This document shows, one piece after another, positions 26,196 to 35,422 of a stretch of DNA of 64,000 nt. A program made the position numbers and the translations under genes. Each line of letters begins with the position of its first letter. Position 1 is the stretch's first letter. The DNA is taken from contig CALVUX010000002.1 of NCBI GenBank assembly GCA_944363715.1, positions 22,157-86,156 of the forward strand, in the 5' to 3' direction. The stretch is from an uncultured Bacilli bacterium. GTDB lineage: Bacteria > Bacillota_I > Bacilli_A > RF39 > UBA660. Below the pieces are notes generated by a model. That model worked only from the letters and a program-made list of their open reading frames with translations. It was not told the origin of the DNA and did not search any database.

Positions 26196-28607
26196 ATGTT
26201 AGATAAAAAATATAATGCTTTAGAAAAAGAACAAAAATGGTTAAATTATTGGAAAGAAAATAAAATTTATGAGTTTGTTTCTGATAAAAGGAAAATATAT
26301 TCTATAGATACACCACCTCCAACAGTTAATGGTAAAATTCATATTGGTCATATATTTTCTTATTCACAAGCAGAAATGATTGCAAGATATAAGAGAATAA
26401 GGGGATATAATGTATTTTATCCATTTGGTTTTGATGATAATGGTCTTCCAAGTGAAAGACTAGTTGAAAAAGAACAAGGTAAGAAAGCACATGAAATAGG
26501 TAGAGAAAAGTTTTCAGCTTTATGCTATGAAACTACTGATAAATATGAAAGTGAATTTCAAAATTTATTTTCTCGTCTTGGTGTTAGTACTGATTGGAGT
26601 ATGCACTATAAAACAGTAAGTCCTTCTACTATTAAAATTAGTCAAGCTTCATTTCTTGACTTAATAGTAAAAGGACATTGTTATCATAAAGAAAGCCCTG
26701 CTTTATGGTGTAATGAATGTTTAACTTCAATAGCACAAGCAGAACTTGAAACAAAAACTATAAAAACAACATTTAATTATGTAAATTTTGAAACAGTAGA
26801 GGATGGAGAAAAGTTTACTATTGCAACAACTCGTCCTGAATTATTACCAGCAATTGTAAGTGTTTTTGTAAATCCAAATGATCTAAAACATAAACATTTA
26901 ATTGGTAAAACTGCACATATCCCTGTAATAGATGTAGAAGTACCAATAATCTCTGATGAAAAAGTTGCAATAGATAAAGGAACAGGTATTGTTATGTGTT
27001 GCACTTTTGGAGATCAGACAGACATTGAATGGTGGAAAAAATACAATTTACCTTTAAAATATATTTTTACTGATGATGGAAGAATAATAGATTCTATTCC
27101 TAATTATGGAGGAATGAAAATAAAGGAAGCAAGAAAAAAGATTGTTGAAGATTTACAAGATGCAGGTTATATAGTAAAAATAGAAGAGTTAGAACATGAA
27201 GTGCAAACTCATGAGCGATGTGGTAGAGAAGTAGAATATACTGTAATGAATCAATGGTTTATTGATATTATGAATCATAAAGAAGATTTTTTAAGAATTG
27301 GTAAGGAAATCAATTGGTATCCATCACATATGCATAATAGATATGAAGAATGGGTAAATAATATTGCATGGGATTGGTGTATATCTCGTCAAAGATATTT
27401 TGGAGTTCCATTTCCAGTATGGTATTGTAAAGATTGTGGTGAGCCAATATTTGCTAAAAAGGAACAATTACCAGTTAATCCTCTTACTGATAAACCATTA
27501 GAACAAGAGTGTCCTAAATGTGGATGTAAGGAATTTGTTCCAGAATCTGATGTAATGGATACATGGGCAACCTCATCAGTAACACCTCTAATAAATATGA
27601 AATATGGCGAAAAAGATAATTATGAAGATATTTTAAAACCAATGAGTTTAAGGGCTAACGCTTCAGATATAATTAGAACATGGGATTTTTATACTATTGT
27701 TAAGTGTTTTTATCATTTTGGTATAAGACCATGGGATAATATTATGATTTCAGGTTTTGCAATGGCTAATAAAGGAGAGAAAATTAGTAAAAGTAAAGGA
27801 AACTCTAAAGTAGAACCATTAGATTTGATTAATAAATATTCGGCAGATGTAATTAGATATTGGGCTGCTTCTGGAAGACTTGGAACTGATATAACATTTA
27901 ACGAAGAAACTTTATTACGAGGTAAGAAGTTAGTTAATAAAATTTGGAATGTTTCTAAGTTCATAGAAATGCATTTACAGGACTATGAAGATAAAGAGTT
28001 TAATGATTTTGAATATGTTGATAAATGGATATTAGGTAATTTCATGAAAATGGAAAAAGAATATATTAAATATTTAGATAATTATGAAATCGGTTTAGGA
28101 TTAAATATATTAGAAAAATTCTTTTGGAATTTCTGTGATAATTATATAGAGATAGTCAAGCATAGATTATATAGACCGGAAGAGTTTGGAGAAAAGGCAA
28201 GATATTCAGGACAAAAAACAGTTTATATGATTTTATATAAGTTATTACAAGACTTTAGTGTGTTTTTTCCTTATATAACTGAAGAAATATATCAAGAAAT
28301 TTATCATGATAATAAATCAATTCATTTAACGGAAATAAAACAATTTGATTATTCATTTGATAAAGAAGTAACTAATGGAGATTTAATGTGTGAAATAATT
28401 AGTGCAGTTAGAGGTGAAAAGTCTAATAATAATTTATCATTGAAAACACCAGTAAAAGAATTGAATGTAGATTGTTCAAGTTATATTAAAGAAGCGATAG
28501 AAAATTCAATAAAAGATTTTAAGGCAACATTATTTATAGATAATTTAACTATAAATGAAATAGATAATAATTATATAATTAATAAAATAGAACTTGATAC
28601 TGAGTAG
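26196..28607 (+). CDS. Second valine--tRNA ligase, archaeal/actinobacterial-like short type
   Basis: MLDKKYN..., TPPPTVNGKIHIGHIF (HIGH), ATTRPELLPA, WDWCISRQRYFGVPFPVWYC, a CPKCGC zinc knuckle, KISKSKGN. No coiled-coil tail. The start is probably ATG 26196 (the ORF opens at 26187). Confidence 0.8.
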   Translation: MLDKKYNALEKEQKWLNYWKENKIYEFVSDKRKIYSIDTPPPTVNGKIHIGHIFSYSQAEMIARYKRIRGYNVFYPFGFDDNGLPSERLVEKEQGKKAHEIGREKFSALCYETTDKYESEFQNLFSRLGVSTDWSMHYKTVSPSTIKISQASFLDLIVKGHCYHKESPALWCNECLTSIAQAELETKTIKTTFNYVNFETVEDGEKFTIATTRPELLPAIVSVFVNPNDLKHKHLIGKTAHIPVIDVEVPIISDEKVAIDKGTGIVMCCTFGDQTDIEWWKKYNLPLKYIFTDDGRIIDSIPNYGGMKIKEARKKIVEDLQDAGYIVKIEELEHEVQTHERCGREVEYTVMNQWFIDIMNHKEDFLRIGKEINWYPSHMHNRYEEWVNNIAWDWCISRQRYFGVPFPVWYCKDCGEPIFAKKEQLPVNPLTDKPLEQECPKCGCKEFVPESDVMDTWATSSVTPLINMKYGEKDNYEDILKPMSLRANASDIIRTWDFYTIVKCFYHFGIRPWDNIMISGFAMANKGEKISKSKGNSKVEPLDLINKYSADVIRYWAASGRLGTDITFNEETLLRGKKLVNKIWNVSKFIEMHLQDYEDKEFNDFEYVDKWILGNFMKMEKEYIKYLDNYEIGLGLNILEKFFWNFCDNYIEIVKHRLYRPEEFGEKARYSGQKTVYMILYKLLQDFSVFFPYITEEIYQEIYHDNKSIHLTEIKQFDYSFDKEVTNGDLMCEIISAVRGEKSNNNLSLKTPVKELNVDCSSYIKEAIENSIKDFKATLFIDNLTINEIDNNYIINKIELDTE

Positions 28608-28799
28608 GATTATTTGTGGTGACATTTATGATGACTTTTATAGTGACAGCTAATATATAATATGTTGGAAAATTAGAAGAACAATTATAGGTTCTTCTTT
28701 TATATATATGATTTAGATAAAATTGTCGAAAAAATTTTTTTCCTATATCTTTACTTAAATAAGCTGTAATGATAAAATTCTAGTATAGGAGGATAGATT

Positions 28800-29396
28800 A
28801 TGAAAAAAAATGGGAAAATAATTATTATTGTAGTAGGTATTATTATTGTAGTCGCTTTACTTATTTTAATTTATTTTAAAACTGCATTTATTAGTGAAAA
28901 CGAAGTAAAAGATATAGTTGCAGATAATATGAGTGTAAGTAGTAGTGATTTATACTTTGAAAGTATTGATTTTGAAATGGATAAGAGTGTCTATGAAGTA
29001 GAAGTTTATTATCAAAATAGAGATTATGAATATAAAATAGATGCTAAGGATGGAAAGATTATTTATACTGATTTTAATACTACTGATAGTATAACTAATG
29101 ATAATAGTAGTAATAACAATAATAGCAACAATAATTCTAATACTAATGGTTCTAGTAATAATGGAAATAATGCAACTACTGCAAGTATACCTCTTGATGA
29201 AGCGAAAAATATTGCACTTACTCATGCTAACTTAACTGAAGATGCTGTGCAGTTTTTAAGAACAGAGCAAGAGTATGATGATGGTGTTCTTGTTTATGAA
29301 ATTGATTTTACTCATGGTGACTATGAATATGACTATAAAATAAATGCTAATACTGGAGAGGTAGTTAGTTACGATAGAGATAGTATATATGATTAA
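28800..29396 (+). CDS. Membrane-anchored protein with two PepSY domains and an Asn-rich linker
   Basis: N-terminal TM; YEVEVYYQNRDYEYKIDAKDGKIIY and VYEIDFTHGDYEYDYKINANTGEVVS PepSY-like repeats. Confidence 0.7.
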   Translation: MKKNGKIIIIVVGIIIVVALLILIYFKTAFISENEVKDIVADNMSVSSSDLYFESIDFEMDKSVYEVEVYYQNRDYEYKIDAKDGKIIYTDFNTTDSITNDNSSNNNNSNNNSNTNGSSNNGNNATTASIPLDEAKNIALTHANLTEDAVQFLRTEQEYDDGVLVYEIDFTHGDYEYDYKINANTGEVVSYDRDSIYD

Positions 29397-29438
29397 TTTT
29401 TAGCCATAATAGAAATAGATAGGAGAATGTGATTATAT

Positions 29439-30890
29439 ATGAAAAATATTTCTATTTGGCAAGATACTGTTAATGATAGTGATAAGTATGATGTATTAAA
29501 GGAAAATATAGATGTTGATATTTTAATAATTGGTGGAGGTATTACAGGATGTAGTACCTTTTATCAGTTTAAAGATGATAATAGAAAAATAGCTTTAGTT
29601 GAAAAGAATAGAATAGGTAGTGGAGCATCTAGTAGAAGTAGTGCTAAAATAACTTTTTTACAGGAAGATATTTATACTAAGCTTAATAATATCTTTGGAA
29701 GAGATAAAGCTTATCTTTATTATAGAGGAGAGAAGGAAGCTTTAAAGATAGCTAGTAAATTGATAGAAAAAGAGAATATTGATTGTGATTTGAAGAAAAG
29801 TAAGTCTTATTTATATACATTAGATTCTTCTAATATTAAGAAAATAGAAAAAGAAAAGGAATTACTTTCGTCTTTTGGAGAGAAGACTACTTCTATTAAG
29901 AAATTGCCTAATGGAATGAAAGTAGAATCAGGTTTTTATGTTAATGATACATATATTTTTCATCCTTTAAAATTTATAAAAGAAATAGTTAAAAAATCTA
30001 TTAGTCTTAATCATAGAGTTTATGAAAATACTAAGATAATTAAAATAGAAAAAGATGGAGATTCTTTTAAATGTTATACTGAAAGTAATATTATAAAGAC
30101 TAAAAAAATCGTCCTAGCTCTTCATTATCCTTACTTTTTATTACCTTATTTAATGCCTTTAAAGTGTTATTTAGAAAAGTCTTTCTTAGTGTGTTCAAGT
30201 GTTAATAATAGTTATGATTTTAATGCTATTAATATAGAGAAACCTTTAAAATCTATGAGGTATTATAATGATTATTTATTAACAGTCTCATCATCTGCTA
30301 ATCTTGCTTTTGCATCTAATAGTAAAAAGATGGTTAGTGATTTAGAGAATAATACTAATATTACTAATTATGATTACGTATGGAGTAATTATGATTTAAT
30401 GACTTTAGATCATCTTCCTTTAATAGGTTTTATTGATGATAATTTAATACTATCTACTGGTTATAATACTTGGGGTAACTCTAATGGTATTCTTGCAAGT
30501 ACGATAATAAAAGACTTAATTGATAATAAATATAATATTTATAAAGAGTTATTTGATCCTAGAAGATGTTTTAATAAACAGAAGTTAATTAATTATCCAA
30601 TAAATATCTTTAGTAATTTTTATAGTTTTATAGATAGTAAGGTTAATAAAAATAAATCTTTTTATAATGGAAATCCTAAATTTACAAGAATAGATGGTAG
30701 GGCTATTGCAATTTATAAAGATGATAGAGGTAAGGAACATATTGTCTATAATAAGTGTCCTCATTTAGGATGTGGTTTGGTATTTAATGAAGTAGAGAAG
30801 ACTTGGGATTGTCCTTGTCATGGTTCTAGATTTGATTTAGATGGTAAATGTATTATGGGACCAAGTAACTATGATATTAGTTATAAATAG
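29439..30890 (+). CDS. FAD-dependent oxidoreductase with C-terminal Rieske [2Fe-2S] domain
   Basis: DILIIGGGITGCS dinucleotide-binding motif. C-terminal CPHLGC...CPCHGSRF Rieske motifs. Confidence 0.8.
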   Translation: MKNISIWQDTVNDSDKYDVLKENIDVDILIIGGGITGCSTFYQFKDDNRKIALVEKNRIGSGASSRSSAKITFLQEDIYTKLNNIFGRDKAYLYYRGEKEALKIASKLIEKENIDCDLKKSKSYLYTLDSSNIKKIEKEKELLSSFGEKTTSIKKLPNGMKVESGFYVNDTYIFHPLKFIKEIVKKSISLNHRVYENTKIIKIEKDGDSFKCYTESNIIKTKKIVLALHYPYFLLPYLMPLKCYLEKSFLVCSSVNNSYDFNAINIEKPLKSMRYYNDYLLTVSSSANLAFASNSKKMVSDLENNTNITNYDYVWSNYDLMTLDHLPLIGFIDDNLILSTGYNTWGNSNGILASTIIKDLIDNKYNIYKELFDPRRCFNKQKLINYPINIFSNFYSFIDSKVNKNKSFYNGNPKFTRIDGRAIAIYKDDRGKEHIVYNKCPHLGCGLVFNEVEKTWDCPCHGSRFDLDGKCIMGPSNYDISYK

Positions 30891-30944
30891 TTGTTTTCCT
30901 AAAAAATATTTTATGATATACTTAAAATGTAAGGAATGGTAGTT

Positions 30945-31877
30945 ATGGATGATAAAATAATTAGAAAAAGCAAAGTTAGTATATTAAAAAGTTATGGTGA
31001 AAATTTTACAGAAAAAGAATATATTACTAATCCCGCTATTGGAAGGGAAGAAGAGATTAAACAATTAGTTTTAATATTACTTACTCCTGAGAAGTCTGCT
31101 ATTTTAACAGGTAAACCTGGTGTTGGTAAAACTGCTATTGTTGAAGGTCTTGCTTATCGGATTCAGTTAGGTAATGTTCCTGATGCTTTAAAAGGGTATC
31201 AGATTATTAAAGTTAATACTTCTGCTTTACTTGGAACAGATCCTGATACAGGTGAGAGTAAAATACAAATACTTTTAGATGAGTTAAAAGAATATACTAA
31301 CTTAATATTATTTATTGATGAGATTCATACATTAATGGGAAGTAAGGGTGAGTCTCTTGACTTTGCTAATATGTTTAAGCCAGGACTTGATAGAGGAGAT
31401 ATTAAAGTTATTGGAGCGACTACTACTGAAGAGTATGAAAGATATATTTTAAGGGATAAAGCTTTTGTTAGACGTTTTCAAAAGGTAGAAGTGTTAGAAC
31501 CTACAAGAGAGCAGACTGTTGCTATTTGTATGGGTACACTTCCTAAAATAGAGAAGAAAACAGGTGCTAAGTTGATGTATGATCCTTATGTTAAACAAAA
31601 GATTATGGCTTTTTTAACAGATCTTACTAGTGAATATAGAAGAATATATGAAATAGGGTCAAGATATCCTGATGTAACTCTAACTATTTTACAACAAGCT
31701 TTTTCTTATGCTATTTATAATAATAGGAAAGAGGTAAATATCTTTGATATAGAAAAAGCGATTGAAAATACTAAAAATGTATATCCTGATGTTATTAAAA
31801 AAGAGCTTCCTAGATTTAAGGAAGAGTTTAAGAATGAGATAGCGGATGGATTAGATAGAGGACTTGCTCATGCTTAA
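30945..31877 (+). CDS. Stand-alone ClpA/ClpB NBD1-like AAA+ ATPase (no N-domain, no NBD2)
   Basis: NPAIGREEEIKQLVLIL...LTGKPGVGKTAIVEGLAYRI...LFIDEIHTLMG...IGATTTEEY...FVRRFQKVEV is collinear with Clp/Hsp100 D1 and ends after the small subdomain. The ORF opens at 30936. Confidence 0.7.
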   Translation: MDDKIIRKSKVSILKSYGENFTEKEYITNPAIGREEEIKQLVLILLTPEKSAILTGKPGVGKTAIVEGLAYRIQLGNVPDALKGYQIIKVNTSALLGTDPDTGESKIQILLDELKEYTNLILFIDEIHTLMGSKGESLDFANMFKPGLDRGDIKVIGATTTEEYERYILRDKAFVRRFQKVEVLEPTREQTVAICMGTLPKIEKKTGAKLMYDPYVKQKIMAFLTDLTSEYRRIYEIGSRYPDVTLTILQQAFSYAIYNNRKEVNIFDIEKAIENTKNVYPDVIKKELPRFKEEFKNEIADGLDRGLAHA

Positions 31878-32268
31878 AAAAATAGCTTATTATCTAAGAT
31901 TAATTTCTATAGTTTTATTTGTTATATTTGTCTGTTTGCTATTAAATGTAGTATTTGACTGTGGAGCCTTTGGAATATCTTTTCTTGTTATGTGTAGTTT
32001 GTTTGTTTTAATTAATATATTTACAGTACTTAGTAGAAAAGATATCTATAAAGAATTAGTTAGTTATAATTTAATTTCTTTTGCATTAACATTTTATTTA
32101 GGAATAATAGTAGTTAAATTATATACAGATTATAGGGCCCATAGTTTAATGTATACACTAAATTATGATTACTTTAAGACTAATTTTATTATTATAGATT
32201 TAGTAATATTAGGAATTATTTTAAATACTTTATTTATCTATTTTTGGGATATAAAAAAAGACCAGTAA
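31870..32268 (+). CDS. Small 4-TM membrane protein translationally coupled to the Clp-D1-like ATPase
   Basis: ATG 31870 overlaps the upstream stop (ATGCTTAA), with AGAGGA 8 nt upstream. Four hydrophobic segments. Confidence 0.6.
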   Translation: MLKKIAYYLRLISIVLFVIFVCLLLNVVFDCGAFGISFLVMCSLFVLINIFTVLSRKDIYKELVSYNLISFALTFYLGIIVVKLYTDYRAHSLMYTLNYDYFKTNFIIIDLVILGIILNTLFIYFWDIKKDQ

Positions 32269-32281
32269 CTTGGCCTTTTAA

Positions 32282-32671
32282 TTATTTTATATCAATAAGT
32301 CTTTTATTTTCATTTTCATCAATTTTTGGAATAGAAATACTTAATGTACCATTATCGAATTTAGCTTCAATAGCATCTTCTTTAATATCTCCTAGATAGA
32401 AGCTTCTAGAGTATTTACCATAAACTCTTTCACGACGTAGATATTTTTTATCTTCATCTTTATCTTCAGTATTTTCAGATTTCTCAGCAGTTATAACTAA
32501 GTTTCCTTTGTTACATTCTACTTTAATTTCTTCTTTCTTAAAGCCAGGTAAATCCATCTCTACATGATATGTATTATCTTTTTCATAGATATCACAGTTC
32601 ATCATCTTACTTCCTTCATTTCCAAATAATTGATCAAATGCGTTATCAAAATAAAATCTTGTTGGTAACAT
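32282..32671 (-). CDS. Hsp20/alpha-crystallin small heat-shock protein
   Basis: DIYEKDNTYHVEMDLPGFKKEEIKV...RRERVYGKYSRSFYL...NGTLSISIPK alpha-crystallin domain. Confidence 0.9.
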   Translation of the reverse strand: MLPTRFYFDNAFDQLFGNEGSKMMNCDIYEKDNTYHVEMDLPGFKKEEIKVECNKGNLVITAEKSENTEDKDEDKKYLRRERVYGKYSRSFYLGDIKEDAIEAKFDNGTLSISIPKIDENENKRLIDIK

Positions 32672-32701
32672 ATATTATCACTTTCCTTTCCTTACAATTA
32701 T

Positions 32702-32744
32702 GTTATAGCACTATTTTTAGCAGTTGTCAATAGTGAGTGCTAAT
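32702..32744 (-). promoter_or_regulatory. hsp20 promoter with CIRCE-like operator (twin of 19753-19794)
   Basis: On the minus strand: TTAGCACTC-N9-AACTGCTAA plus the distal arm AGTGCTA. TTGACA (32730-32725), 17-nt spacer, TATAAC (32707-32702). Confidence 0.55.
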
Positions 32745-32843
32745 TATTTTTATTATTTACATGATTTTATTTTTTATACATGATTTTTTAAAAATGCTTG
32801 CATAATTGCAAGATTTATGATTAAATAAGAATGTATTTGAAAT

Positions 32844-32920
32844 GGCGGTATTGGTGAAGTGGTTAACACGCTGGTTTGTGGCACCAGTATGCAAGGGTTC
32901 GATTCCCTTATACCGCCCCA
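32844..32920 (+). tRNA. tRNA-His (anticodon GTG) with encoded G-1 and CCA
   Basis: 8-bp acceptor GGCGGTAT/ATACCGCC (G-1:C73 is the His identity element), anticodon arm CTGGT-TTGTGGC-ACCAG, T arm AAGGG-TTCGATT-CCCTT, 3' CCA. Confidence 0.9.
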
Positions 32921-33102
32921 GAATGGAAAAAAGTCGAATAGACTTAAAGATATAGTCGATTCTTAGGAGTCGATTTTTTTGTTTGTTAGAATTGGTAATA
33001 TTTGGTAATTACTAACCATTTCATTCTAAAGTGTGAATAGTTACTTGTATTTAAAGTTATGTTTATGCTATATTAGTTTTATATAGATATGGAGGTGTAA
33101 GT

Positions 33103-33894
33103 ATGCCAGTACATTTTGATTCAATTATGAAAAATGAAGAAAAAGAAAATAGTGTTTTTTTAGGTATAGTGAAAAAAGACTTGGATAATCCGAGCGATGT
33201 CTTTATAAATGGGACTAAAGAAATAATAATTATTACAAAAGATATATTTAATAAAGATGATATGGAAATAATTGGTAAAGAAGTAATAACAACTAAATTA
33301 TCTCACGAGGATGAGTGCTTTGAAATATTAGATGTAGATTTAACATTATTTAATGAAAATAAAATTACTTTAGAGTTTGATTCAAAATTAGAAGAATCTA
33401 GTGATTCTAACGAATATTATGATGTTCATACAATAGATAATGATGTACATTTTCAAATAGAAACAGTTAATAGATATAAAGTAGAAGATAAAGATATTGT
33501 TAATACTAAAAAAGATGTTTATTTATCAGTATTTCCTTTTGTACTATCTATATTTAATACTATGAAAGAAGTGAATAAAGCGTTAGGTATTCTTAAACCT
33601 ATAAAAGTTAAAGATTTAGATTTAGATGTAACAGGTTATAGCGAAGAATTTGTTGGCTGTGGAGATGTTTTTGTAGGACATATTAGTTCAGTTATTGTTG
33701 GTAGAGTAGTATCTTTTTCTTCTGTTAATGCTGTAATAGGAGAAGAAGAAGTTTCTTTTACAATAATAAAAGTTAAAACAGCTTTAGGTATAATACCAGT
33801 AGCAGCATCTAAAGATGTTTTTGATCTTTCTAATTTGAAAAAGGATAAACTAATTGTTATGATAGCGAATGTTAAGGCAGATTTTGAGAAATAA
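33103..33894 (+). CDS. Hypothetical protein (first ORF of the tRNA-His island)
   Basis: Good RBS GGAGG; 263 aa; no recognisable motif. Confidence 0.55.
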   Translation: MPVHFDSIMKNEEKENSVFLGIVKKDLDNPSDVFINGTKEIIIITKDIFNKDDMEIIGKEVITTKLSHEDECFEILDVDLTLFNENKITLEFDSKLEESSDSNEYYDVHTIDNDVHFQIETVNRYKVEDKDIVNTKKDVYLSVFPFVLSIFNTMKEVNKALGILKPIKVKDLDLDVTGYSEEFVGCGDVFVGHISSVIVGRVVSFSSVNAVIGEEEVSFTIIKVKTALGIIPVAASKDVFDLSNLKKDKLIVMIANVKADFEK

Positions 33895-33915
33895 TTTATA
33901 TGAGAGTGTGTTAGT

Positions 33916-34119
33916 ATTAGTGAAAGTGATTTAGATTCTAGTATAAATCAATATAATGAGATAAATAATTCTAAAAGTTATACTAAACAATTAGAGTTGG
34001 ATATGGCTATTAGATTACAAGAAATAGATGAGTTAAAACCTTCTAAATATAGATAAAAGATTAAAGATAAAAATAGTAATTTAAATCCTGAAGATTTAAT
34101 TATAAAAAAATTATTTTAG
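33916..34119 (+). pseudogene. Ghost fic gene: N-terminal ~45 codons joined to the last ~20 codons
   Basis: ISESDLDSSINQYNEINNSKSYTKQLELDMAIRLQEIDELKPSKYR* followed by ...KNSNLNPEDLIIKKLF* aligns with the Fic N-terminus (MSEKDLDSSMNPYQ...QLQWDMAIGLQQVDNLKPSKY) and C-terminus (NNNLHSEDLIVKELF*) at 36747-37583. ATG is mutated to ATT. Confidence 0.7.
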
Positions 34120-34155
34120 CTATAAATATGAAAAAGAAATATTATTTGAAAACTG

Positions 34156-35370
34156 GTGATGGTAGTGGAAAGTAAGAATAACTTAATGGATAACAAAATT
34201 AGTTATAAATACATTTTAAATAAAATATTTACAGGTTCTTTTTTAGACCATAATCTTGGGCATGAAATTATTAATTTTATAAAAATGGACAATAATAACA
34301 GATATATTTATGTAAATCCATATGGGGAAAGATCTGAACAAGCTGCTAAATATACAGAATATGTGCTTCATATAATGGGAATAGTTTACAAAAACAAGAG
34401 ATATTATGAACTAACTGCAATATCAAGAGTATCAAGAGATTATGTTGGTTATAAAAAAAATAATAAAGAAGAAAAAAGTGAGTTAAAATACAGAAAGTTT
34501 TCTATAAGAAAAATTTTTAACACAAATAATAATGATAGTCGTAGTCATTTATGTACTTTTAAAGCATCTAGTTTTTATAAACCTAAAAAAAGGATTTTAT
34601 TTTTAGTAAATGAGAAAAGACCTAAAATAGTAAATGAAAGTAAAGACATTATTATTGTTAAATTAACCTGTAATCCTCAACATAGTAGAGCATATTCAAG
34701 AGAAAAAGATGTTAAGTTTTTAGATGAGATTATAAATAAATATTTAATTGAAAATAACGATATTGAAATTTGGGATAACTATGAAGAAGAACTATGTTTT
34801 TCATTAATAAGTGATAGAACTAAACTAGAAAATTCTACATCTAATCAAATAGCATATTTTTTTAACAGAGATAAAAAGTTACTTAATAAATTTGTGAAAG
34901 AATTTTTGAAACTAAAAGTAGATGATAATTTTAAAATCATTAGAGAAAAAGAAAATATTGATTTATTACTTGAAGGAGATAATAATGTAATTGTTATTGA
35001 AAACAAAATAGATTCAGGCATTAATGGTAATCAATTAGTAATGTATGAAAAATATATAAAAAATAAGTATGAGAAAAAAGATAAATATTTCTATATTTTA
35101 GAGCCACACTACAGTTCAATAACTGAAGAAGAGAAAAATAAAAATGGTGGAGAACACTATAAAATTTTATATTATGAAGAATTATATAAAGTCTTTAAGA
35201 ATGCTAAATATAGACCTGCTTGTAAAGAAACCGAATATGGTAACTTTTTATTTAAAGAATTTATATATACAATAGAATATATACAAATGTCTAAAACATT
35301 ACAACAAGAGAAAATTGCATATATAAGGTTAAAACAAAGAATAAGTGAATTGGAGGCAAATAGTGAATAG
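34156..35370 (+). CDS. Unknown N-terminal domain fused to a PD-(D/E)XK (PDDEXK_4-like) nuclease module
   Basis: C-terminal NIDLLLEGDNNVIVIENKIDSGINGNQLVMYEKYI matches the D...E-x-K nuclease core followed by QL..Y. The N-terminal ~260 aa are unassigned. Confidence 0.55.
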   Translation: MMVVESKNNLMDNKISYKYILNKIFTGSFLDHNLGHEIINFIKMDNNNRYIYVNPYGERSEQAAKYTEYVLHIMGIVYKNKRYYELTAISRVSRDYVGYKKNNKEEKSELKYRKFSIRKIFNTNNNDSRSHLCTFKASSFYKPKKRILFLVNEKRPKIVNESKDIIIVKLTCNPQHSRAYSREKDVKFLDEIINKYLIENNDIEIWDNYEEELCFSLISDRTKLENSTSNQIAYFFNRDKKLLNKFVKEFLKLKVDDNFKIIREKENIDLLLEGDNNVIVIENKIDSGINGNQLVMYEKYIKNKYEKKDKYFYILEPHYSSITEEEKNKNGGEHYKILYYEELYKVFKNAKYRPACKETEYGNFLFKEFIYTIEYIQMSKTLQQEKIAYIRLKQRISELEANSE

Positions 35371-35422
35371 TATATTTGAGATAAAAAACTGCTCATTTGT
35401 TGAGTAAAATGTTGATGTTATA

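Noticed and set aside
29090-29175. Asn/Ser-rich low-complexity stretch (NDNSSNNNNSNNNSNTNGSSNNGNN), considered as a contingency repeat.
   Set aside because: It is an imperfect AAT/AGT-rich linker between two PepSY domains, with no exact tandem unit. Such linkers are typical in AT-rich genomes.
32790-32812. Palindrome CTTGCA-TAAT-TGCAAG upstream of tRNA-His, considered as an operator.
   Set aside because: It is a short 6-bp-arm palindrome in AT-rich intergenic DNA, overlaps a weak promoter-like TTGCAT, and has no second copy in the window. The evidence is insufficient.
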